Shown one piece after another: positions 1 through 9,451 of a stretch of 64,000 nt of DNA. Each line of letters begins with the position of its first letter. Within the stretch, counting starts at the first letter, position 1. The DNA comes from Macrostomum lignano (lineage: Eukaryota). The stretch is from NCBI GenBank assembly GCA_002269645.1, contig NIVC01001688.1, positions 124,001 to 188,000 on the forward strand, written 5' to 3'. Position numbers and translations under genes: made by a program. The notes below the pieces were generated by a model. That model saw only the letters and a program-made list of their open reading frames with translations. It had not been told where the DNA came from and ran no database searches.

Positions 1-322
1 ATCTGTTTCTCATGAGAATCTCACTGTCCCTGTGACACTAAGATCTATTTCTCATGAGAATCTCACGGCACTGAGATCTGTTTCTCATGAGAATCTCACG
101 GCACTGAGATCTGTTTCTCATGAGAATCTCACTGTCCCTGTGACACTGAGATCTGTTTCTCATGAGAATCTCACAGCACTAAGATCTGTTTCTCATGAGA
201 ATCTCACGGCACTGAGATCTGTTTCTCATGAGAATCTCACGGCACTAAGATCTGTTTCTCATGAGAATCTCACGGCACTGAGATCTGTTTCTCATGAGAA
301 TCTCACGGCACTGAGATCTGTT
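1..322. repeat. 33-bp minisatellite
   Basis: Unit AGATCTGTTTCTCATGAGAATCTCACGGCACTG with internal palindrome TTCTCATGAGAA. Confidence 0.95.
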
Positions 323-944
323 CCATTCTAAACCCATCTGACTAGAAAAGTTTCCACCTGACAAATTCAGTTAGAATGTCAAAGTTCAGAAAGCATCCAA
401 AAAATCTTTCTTGTGGCAGGCGAAGAGCGAGCTATTATTGCAACAAACTTCATCAGTTGGTACTTTATAAGAACAGCAGGTGTGAACCCAACAGTCAGGA
501 TGGATACACAAAGTTCGACAGATGCCAAGGACATTCCTCCAGAATTTCAATCAGCACTTTGCTGCCTAAACCTCTCATCCCGACTGGTCCCAGCAACTGC
601 TGTCAGAATAGGCAGACCAACAGACAGATACGGGCTGCAAGTCAAGACCCCCCGTGCATCAAATCTCATATCGATCATCTAAAAACAACAGCTCCAAATG
701 CAATTGCACCTTCAACTGCACTGCGTTTACATTTCAATTCAAACTGAAGTGAAAAAATGGCAGTTGTCGATCACGTGAAAGCGCGCCAAGGAACACTTAG
801 CGGCAGTCAATCAAGCAGTGCATGTGCTGCCAGCTGCTGTCACGTGCCCAGCCTGGGTGACCTTGACTTTTGTCGCGCACTAGGCCGGAGCCATTGTTGC
901 ACTGTCTGACTCTGAATATGATTATGGCTATCACACTGCAGCTG

Positions 945-1845
945 TCACTCTCTGACCAGTTCTCTCTGACCAGTTCTCTCTGACCAGTTCTCTGTCTGAC
1001 CAGTTCTCTCTGACCAGTTCTCTCTGACCAGTTCTCTCTGACCAGTTCTCCCAGTTCTCTCTGACCAGTTCTCTCTGACCAGTTCTCTGTCTGACCAGTT
1101 CTCTCTGACCAGTTCTCTCTGACCAGTTCTCCCAGTTCTCTCTGACCAGTTCTCTCTGACCAGTTCTCTCTGACCAGTTCTCTCTGACCAGTTCTCTCTG
1201 ACCAGTTCTCTCTGACCAGTTCTCTGTCTGACCAGTTCTCTCTGACCAGTTCTCTCTGACCAGTTCTCTCTGACCAGTTCTCCCAGTTCTCTCTGACCAG
1301 TTCTCTCTGACCAGTTCTCTCTGACCAGTTCTCTCTGACCAGTTCTCTCTGACCAGTTCTCCCAGTTCTCTCTGACCAGTTCTCTGTCTGACCAGTTCTC
1401 TCTGACCAGTTCTCTGTCTGACCAGTTCTCTCTGACCAGTTCGCTCTCTGACTCTCACTCTGCGACTCTCTCTCTCTCTCTGACTCTCACTCTGCGACTC
1501 TCTCTCTGACTCTCACTCTGCGACTCTCTCTCTGACTCTCACTCTGCGACTCTCTCTCTGACTCTCACTCTGCGACTCTCTCTCTGACTCTCACTCTGCG
1601 ACTCTCTCTCTGACTCTCACTATGCGACTCTCTCTCTGACTCTCACTCTGCGACTCTCTCTCTGACTCTCACTCTGCGACTCTCTCTCTGACTCTCACTC
1701 TGCGACTCTCTCTCTGACTCTCACTCTGCGACTCTCTCTCTGACTCTCACTCTGCGACTCTCTCTCTGACTCTCACTATGCGACTCTCTCTCTGACTCTC
1801 ACTCTGCGACTCTCTCTCTGACTCTCACTCTGCGACTCTATGCAA
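945..1845. repeat. Two abutting CT-rich minisatellites (14-bp, then 26-bp unit)
   Basis: TGACCAGTTCTCTC to about 1441, then TGACTCTCACTCTGCGACTCTCTCTC. Confidence 0.95.
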
Positions 1846-1973
1846 CTCCTACTCTTGCGACTCACTCTGATTCTGAGCCTCTGACTCTCAGTCTCCAAAG
1901 TTCAAAACTCCAAGGCCATCATTCCCTCTCCCTGACCCTCTCTGTCCCAGAGCCGCAGTGCAGCAGGGCGCAC

Positions 1974-2423
1974 CTCAACCGTAGTACCAATCGAAGAAGA
2001 GCTGCTGGCAGCGGCCGCCTCTCCCCGATCCGGCAGTCTTCGGCGAACATAAAACACGAGATCGTCCTTGAACTCGTCACCGTCCTTGATCTCGCCGCCG
2101 CCGCCTCCGTCCTCAAGAAAGTGCTGCACCAGCAGCTGGCTCCAGAACTTGTTTCGACTCGGCCGGGTCTGCGACGCCGTTGTCGCCGAAGTCGAAGTCG
2201 ACAACGAGGACGACAAACGACGCTCAACGGAGATTGAGGCGAGGATGCGCTGCAGCGAGCTGCTCCTGCTCATTGCGTCTCTGGCAGCCTCCGACTCGGC
2301 ATCATTGTAATAACCATCGCTCTCCTCGTCTGCGCCCGCCCGCTGTTCCGGCAGTTCGCCTTCGAGATCGTCGGAGTCGCTTCGGCAGCCGATGTTGAAT
2401 CGAACTGGATTGGCCGGGTCCAT
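1974..2423 (-). CDS. KIAA0930: KIAA0930-like (C22orf9 family) first coding exon; the rest of the gene lies to the left, probably beyond position 1
   Basis: ATG at 2423 opens MDPANP...LQRILASISVERRLS...FWSQLLVQHFLE...KDDLVFYVRRR...TVE. This matches the recalled KIAA0930 N-terminus (MLRAIAEER..FWTWMFSTYF..QDDMLFYVRRK..VEV). Donor GAG|GTGCGC at 1974/1973; acceptor-like TTGCATTCGCAG ends at 2500. Confidence 0.75.
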
Positions 2424-2511
2424 TGTCCGCCGGTTGCTGCTGCGGCTGCTGACTGCGGCTGGAAATTGGGGAACTGCGAGCTGCACTGCCGGCAGTGAAC
2501 TGCGAATGCAA

Positions 2512-3249
2512 GACCCAAGGGTGGCTTGAAGACCCAAAGGTAGGATGAAGACCCAATGATGGCATGAAGACCCAATGGTGGCTTGAAGACCCAATGGTGG
2601 CTTGAAGACCCAAAGGTAGGATGAAGACCCAAGGATGGCATGGAGACCCAACGATGGCATGAAGACCCAATGATGGCATGAAGACCCAAGGATGGCATGA
2701 AGACCCAAGGATGGCATGAAGACCCAAGGATGGCATGGAGACCCAACGATGGCATGAAGACCCAAGGATGGCATGAAGACCCAAGGATGGCATGAAGACC
2801 CAAGGATGGCATGAAGACCCAAGGATGGCATGAAGACCCAAGGATGGCATGAAGACCCAAGGATGGCATGAAGACCCAAGGATGGCATGAAGACCCAAGG
2901 ATGGCATGAAGACCCAAGGATGGCATGAAGACCCAAGGATGGCATGAAGACCCAAGGATGGCATGAAGACCCAAGGATGGCATGAAGACCCAAGGATGGC
3001 ATGAAGACCCAAGGATGGCATGAAGACCCAAGGATGGCATGAAGACCCAAGGATGGCATGAAGACCCAAGGATGGCATGAAGACCCAAGGATGGCATGAA
3101 GACCCAAGGATGGCATGAAGACCCAAGGATGGCATGAAGACCCAAGGATGGCATGAAGACCCAAGGATGGCATGAAGACCCAAGGATGGCATGAAGACCC
3201 AAGGATGGCATGAAGACCCAAGGATGGCATGAAGACCCAAGGATGGCAT
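2512..3249. repeat. 19-bp minisatellite between DTWD1 and KIAA0930
   Basis: Unit GACCCAAGGATGGCATGAA; homogeneous on the right, diverged on the left. Confidence 0.97.
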
Positions 3250-3458
3250 TAACCGTTAACACTGATAAGCTACAGATCCTCGAAAACTTGAATTAGAATT
3301 CTGTTCTACGCGCCAGAATCTATTTATCCTACTAACAGTAGACAAAAATCAAATGAAAAAAAGTAAAAAAAAGTATTTTCACAGAGCTAGTTATCATACA
3401 ATTTCAAGATAAATGCAATAATATCATATAATTAGCTGCAGACAAGATGACGCAATCA

Positions 3459-5956
3459 TCATTTCAACTGAAAGTGACGCCGTTTCCGTTCTCCACAGGC
3501 CCGGCCGCCATCATAGTTGGCGTACAGCAGCCGGTACAGGTGGTTGAAGTACAGCAGCAGGTTGTCGTACCGACCGTCGTAATCGTCCGCGCCGGGCCAG
3601 TAGCCCAGCTGGCGCAGTGCCAGGTGCAGATCAACGGCCAGGTAGTAGATTGCCTCTATGGTAGACAGGTGGCTGGGGCTCAGGCCCGCCTCGTAGCGCC
3701 AGTAGTGGCTTGAGTGGTTGCTAAGGGCAACGCGGGGCAGGCTTCGGAGACGATCGTCGTTAATCATGCCATTGGCCTGGTGCCAGGTGGCGTCCAGGAA
3801 CAGCACCGTCCACCGCCTGCGGGGCCAGCTGGCTCGGGTTAACGTCTGACTATTCCTCAGTCTCAGTCTCAGTGTCAGTCAGTCAGTCAGTCAGTCAGTC
3901 AGTCAGTCAGTCAGTCAGTCAGTCAGTCAGTCAGTCAGTCAGTCAGTCAGTCAGTCAGTCAGTCAGTCAGTCAGTCAGTCAGTCAGTCAGTCAGTCAGTC
4001 AGTCAGTCAGTCAGTCAGTCAGTCAGTCAGTCAGTCAGTCAGTCAGTCAGTCAGTCAGTCAGTCAGTCAGTCAGTCAGTCAGTCAGTCAGTCAGTCAGTC
4101 AGTCAGTCAGTCAGTCAGTCAGTCAGTCAGTCAGTCAGTCAGTCAGTCAGTCAGTCAGTCAGTCAGTCAGTCAGTCAGTCAGTCAGTCAGTCAGTCAGTC
4201 AGTCAGTCAGTCAGTCAGTCAGTCAGTCAGTCAGTCAGTCAGTCAGTCAGTCAGTCAGTCAGTCAGTCAGTCAGTCAGTCAGTCAGTCAGTCAGTCAGTC
4301 AGTCAGTCAGTCAGTCAGTCAGTCAGTCAGTCAGTCAGTCAGTCAGTCAGTCAGTCAGTCAGTCAGTCAGTCAGTCAGTCAGTCAGTCAGTCAGTCAGTC
4401 AGTCAGTCAGTCAGTCAGTCAGTCAGTCAGTCAGTCAGTCAGTCAGTCAGTCAGTCAGTCAGTCAGTCAGTCAGTCAGTCAGTCAGTCAGTCAGTCAGTC
4501 AGTCAGTCAGTCAGTCAGTCAGTCAGTCAGTCAGTCAGTCAGTCAGTCAGTCAGTCAGTCAGTCAGTCAGTCAGTCAGTCAGTCAGTCAGTCAGTCAGTC
4601 AGTCAGTCAGTCAGTCAGTCAGTCAGTCAGTCAGTCAGTCAGTCAGTCAGTCAGTCAGTCAGTCAGTCAGTCAGTCAGTCAGTCAGTCAGTCAGTCAGTC
4701 AGTCAGTCAGTCAGTCAGTCAGTCAGTCAGTCAGTCAGTCAGTCAGTCAGTCAGTCAGTCAGTCAGTCTTGCCTCATGCTCTCCTCCAGCAGTTTCTGAC
4801 GGCTGTCGCCAGTATCGTCAGTCTCGCAGGTGCTGTCAGACGGCGGTGCCATCCTGACGGCGAGCTCCGCAACTGACAGGGCGCCAGGCGCGGGGTACAC
4901 CACCGCGACACAGCCAGAGCTGAGGTCCGGCAGCAGCGGGTATCGCACAATCCGACAGTCGGGAGAGAGCAGCACCGCGTGCGGCGAAGTCGATTTGCCG
5001 TGGAACTCGGCGGGGTGCTTGAGCACGCAAACGGAGAACGGCAGGCGAACAGAGGGCAGCGGCTGTGAGCTGGGCACGGGCACGCAGCAGACGGGGCAGT
5101 AGAACTTGCGAGAGCGGCCGCACACGGAGCAGGCCGACCGACCGCTGGACGCTACGGCGTCAAGGAAGTCGCCGGAGCTGAGGCCGCGGAGATGCGCAAA
5201 CGGGCGCTCGGCCGGCTGCTGCAGGTCTTTGTTCGGCTCGCAACTTTGTTTTGGATCTTGGTTTGAACCAGCGGAGCCTTTTTCGCTTCTAGGGTCTTGG
5301 TCTTTGTCGCTTCTTAGGTCCTGGTCTTTGTCGCTTCTTAGGTCCTGGTCTTTGTCGCGTCTTAGTTCCTGGTCTTTGTCACTTCTTAGGTCCTGGTCTT
5401 TGTCACTTCTTAGGTCCTGGTCTTTGTCGCTTCTTAGGTCCTGGTCTTTGTCACTTCTTAGGTCCTGGTCTTTGTCACTTCTTAGGTCCTGGTCTTTGTC
5501 GCTTCTTAGGTCCTGGTCTTTGTCACTTCTTAGGTCCTGGTCTTTGTCACTTCTTAGGTCCTGGTCTTTGTCGCTTCTTAGGTCCTGGTCTTTGTCGCTT
5601 CTTAGGTCCTGGTCTTTGTCGCTTCTTAGGTCCTGGTCTTTGTCGCTTCTTAGGTCCTGGTCTTTGTCACTTCTTAGGTCCTGGTCTTTGTCGCTTCTTA
5701 GGTCCTGGTCTTTGTCGCTTCTTAGGTCCTGGTCTTTGTCGCTCCTTAAATCCTGGTCTTTGTCGCTTCTTAAATCCTGGTCTTTTTCGCTTCTTAGATC
5801 CGAGTCTTTGTCACTTCTAGGGTCTTGGTCTTTGTCAGTTTTAAGAAGATCTTTGTCGTTATCGGGGTCTTTGTCGCGAGATTTACAACTATGCTGCTCA
5901 ATCAGATTTAGTTGATCACTAGATTTTATCGGATTATCAATACCGTTTGCTTCCAT
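3459..5956 (-). CDS. DTWD1: DTW-domain protein 1 (tRNA-uridine aminocarboxypropyltransferase); exons 5956-4773 and 3816-3459
   Basis: Motifs GRSACSVCGRSRKFYCPVCCVP, LKHPAEFHGKST, LFLDATWHQA (DXTW), FWR-like HYWRYE, LSTIEAIYY and YDNLLLYF. Phase-consistent junction ATG AG|GCAAGA ... CCCCGCAG|G CGG TGG; stop TGA at 3461-3459. Confidence 0.9.
3875..4768. repeat. Pure (AGTC)n microsatellite, about 220 copies, filling the DTWD1 intron
   Basis: Uninterrupted AGTC units. Confidence 0.99.
5290..5830 (-). repeat. 24-bp in-frame coding repeat (DKDQDLRS)n in the DTWD1 N-terminus
   Basis: Unit GGTCCTGGTCTTTGTCGCTTCTTA on +; open on - from ATG 5956 into the conserved domain. Confidence 0.85.
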
Positions 5957-6407
5957 AGTCTGAAAAAATTGACAAAAAGCAAATCCAGTTTAAAAAAATC
6001 AACGCCCATCACAAGAATCGCCATTTTAATTTGACGCTTTTGTAGAAATTTTCAAAGACAGCCAACACCAATTGGAATTGTTGACAAAATCAAAGGAATT
6101 AACAGAAAGATTATAGGAACAGGAGCAAGCGGCTTTAACTAACGGCATAATTCTGTAAGCACAATTACTTTATTATTAACAATAGTATAGCGCATTTACA
6201 AGCGCATGATTGCAGAAGAAGCTCGAAGTTCGAGGAAATTCAAACAAATCCGACACTTAGAATTCTGCTGCTCGTTAATCCTGCTAATCCTGTTAATCCA
6301 AGCAAACAGGATTGGGGCAAATTTATGCAGATTGAGAGGCCGTGAGTTCAATGAGTTTGACTGTTAGTGCCAAACAGTGATTGCTTTGAGAGCAACTAAA
6401 ATGAAGG

Positions 6408-8845
6408 GAAGTTGGATTTTGACACTGGCCACATGGATTTTGACACTGGCCACATGGATTTTGAAACTGGCCACATGGATTTTGACACTGGCCACATGGA
6501 TTTTGACACTGGCCACATGGATTTTGACACTGGCCACATGGATTTTGACACTGGCCACATGGATTTTGACACTGGCCACATGGATTTTGACACTGGCCAC
6601 ATGGATTTTGACACTGGCCACATGGATTTTGAAACTGGCCACATGGATTTTGACACTGGCCACATGGATTTTGACACTGGCCACATGGATTTTGACACTG
6701 GCCACATGGATTTTGACACTGGCCACATGGATTTTGACACTGGCCACATGGATTTTGACACTGGCCACATGGATTTTGACACTGGCCACATGGATTTTGA
6801 AACTGGCCACATGGATTTTGACACTAACCACATGGATTTTGACACTGGCCACATGGATTTTGACACTGACCACATGGATTTTGAAACTGGCCACATGGAT
6901 TTTGACACTGACCACATGGATTTTGACACTGGCCACATGGATTTTGACACTGGCCACATGGATTTTGACACTGGCCACATGGATTTTGACACTGGCCACA
7001 TGGATTTTGACACTGGCCACATGGATTTTGACACTGGCCACATGGATTTTGAAACTGGCCACATGGATTTTGAAACTGGCCACATGGATTTTGACACTGG
7101 CCACATGGATTTTGACACTGACCACATGGATTTTGACACTGGCCACATGGATTTTGACACTGACCACATGGATTTTGAAACTGGCCACATGGATTTTGAC
7201 ACTGACCACATGGATTTTGACACTGGCCACATGGATTTTGACACTGGCCACATGGATTTTGACACTGGCCACATGGATTTTGACACTGGCCACATGGATT
7301 TTGACACTGACCACATGGATTTTGAAACTGGCCACATGGATTTTGACACTGGCCACATGGATTTTGAAACTGGCCACATGGATTTTGACACTGGCCACAT
7401 GGATTTTGACACCGGCCACATGGATTTTGACACTAGCCACATGGATTTTGACACTGGCCACATGGATTTTGACACTGGCCACATGGTTTATGAAACTGGC
7501 CACATGGATTTTGACACTGGCCACATGGATTTTGACACTGGCCACATGGATTTTGACACTGACCACATGGATTTTGAAACTGGCCACATGGATTTTGACA
7601 CTGGCCACATGGATTTTGACACCGGCCACATGGATTTTGACACTAGCCACATGGATTTTGACACTGGCCACATGGATTTTGACACTGGCCACATGGATTT
7701 TGACACTGGCCACATGGATTTTGACACTGACCACATGGATTTTGAAACTGGCCACATGGATTTTGACACTGGCCACATGGATTTTGACACTGACCACATG
7801 GATTTTGACACTGGCCACATGGATTTTGACACTGACCACATGGATTTTGACACTGGCCACATGGATTTTGACACTGGCCACATGGATTTTGACACTGGCC
7901 ACATGGATTTTGACACTGGCCACATGGATTTTGACACTGGCCACATGGATTTTGACACTGGCCACATGGATTTTGAAACTGGCCACATGGATTTTGACAC
8001 TGGCCACATGGATTTTGACACTGGCCACATGGATTTTGACACTGGCCACATGGATTTTGACACTGGCCACATGGATTTTGACACTGGCCACATGGATTTT
8101 GACACTGGCCACATGGATTTTGACACTGGCCACATGGATTTTGACACTGGCCACATGGATTTTGACACTGACCACATGGATTTTGACACTGGCCACATGG
8201 ATTTTGACACTGACCACATGGATTTTGAAACTGGCCACATGGATTTTGACACTGACCACATGGATTTTGACACTGGCCACATGGATTTTGACACTGGCCA
8301 CATGGATTTTGACACTGGCCACATGGATTTTGACACTGGCCACATGGATTTTGACACTGGCCACATGGATTTTGACACTGGCCACATGGATTTTGAAACT
8401 GGCCACATGGATTTTGAAACTGGCCACATGGATTTTGACACTGGCCACATGGATTTTGACACTGACCACATGGATTTTGACACTGGCCACATGGATTTTG
8501 ACACTGACCACATGGATTTTGAAACTGGCCACATGGATTTTGACACTGACCACATGGATTTTGACACTGGCCACATGGATTTTGACACTGGCCACATGGA
8601 TTTTGACACTGGCCACATGGATTTTGACACTGGCCACATGGATTTTGACACTGACCACATGGATTTTGAAACTGGCCACATGGATTTTGACACTGGCCAC
8701 ATGGATTTTGACACTGGCCACATGGATTTTGACACTGGCCACATGGATTTTGACACCGGCCACATGGATTTTGACACTAGCCACATGGATTTTGACACTG
8801 GCCACATGGATTTTGACACTGGCCACTTGGATTTTGACACTGGCA
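6408..8845. repeat. 21-bp minisatellite (about 2.4 kb) between TMEM42 and DTWD1
   Basis: Unit ATGGATTTTGACACTGGCCAC with recurring variants. Confidence 0.99.
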
Positions 8846-8912
8846 GTTATTTGTTGAAGAGAGCTGCCTGGAGATGTGAGATATTTAAAAGCAACAGGAT
8901 TCGAAAAAGCAA

Positions 8913-9339
8913 TCAGTCAGCCTTGTCCCTGTCAGGCGCTGGTCTGTCAGCGGTCCCCGATGGCGCTGTCTCCAAGCAGACGAGGCAGAAGCCGGCCAGC
9001 ACCAAACCGGACCCGGCGAGCCACCGGAGGCCAACCGGCTCGCCGAAGATCAGCCAGCCGGCCAGTCCGGACAACAGGAAGTTGACCGCCGAGTTGACGA
9101 GGGTGGCCCGGCCAGCTGACTGGCAGGCGTGCATCGCTCTCACGAACAACGGCCACATGAGCGCATTGCAGCCCAGCCAGGCCGCCGCCCCGGCCACGGC
9201 CACTGGCCAGTTAGAGTGGCCGATGGCCGAGCCGGCCAGCTTACCGGACAGGGAGGCGCCTGCGGCTGCGGCACCAGACAGAATTGCCCACACTGGCGGC
9301 GGGGCGGCTGCGGGCAAGAACGGAATGGCGCTGTGGCAC
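8913..9339 (-). CDS. TMEM42: Transmembrane protein 42-like (EamA/DMT-fold), terminal exon; upstream coding exon not located
   Basis: WAILSGAAAAGASLSGKLA, CNALMWPLFVRAM and VNFLLSGLAGWLIFGEPVGLRWLAGSGLVLAG resemble recalled TMEM42 segments (AGAFGALAAASAKLAF; TNSLMWTFFSRG; GYVLYGE..WWGG). Acceptor CCTCCCAG|G at 9340/9339; there is no ATG before the conserved part. Confidence 0.72.
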
Positions 9340-9451
9340 CTGGGAGGCTGGCCCAGCAACTGAGGATCTGGGAGGCTGGCCCAGCAACTCAGGATCTGGG
9401 AGGCTGGCCCAGCAACTGGGGATCTGGGAGGCTGGCCCAGCAACTGAGGAT

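Noticed and set aside
376-930. Short ORFs 376-747 and 413-682; search for KIAA0930 exon 2
   Set aside because: No recognisable motif in any frame, and the expected VYRRDS..DWEE segment was not found.
3872-4876. (SVSQ)n ORF and similar repeat ORFs at 1902-3262, 30193-31435, 32934-33749, 38357-39286, 43867-44856, 49738-51378, 52074-52976, 56927-58588, 60367-61317 and 61839-63698
   Set aside because: These are translations of intronic or intergenic tandem repeats; the real exons they run into are accounted for in the gene models.
6364-9363. 800-980-aa ORFs (MDFDTGH)n, (LATWILT)n, (VASVKIH)n
   Set aside because: The stop-free 21-bp unit opens several frames on both strands at once; there is no domain, and the 3' part of the + ORF is antisense to TMEM42.
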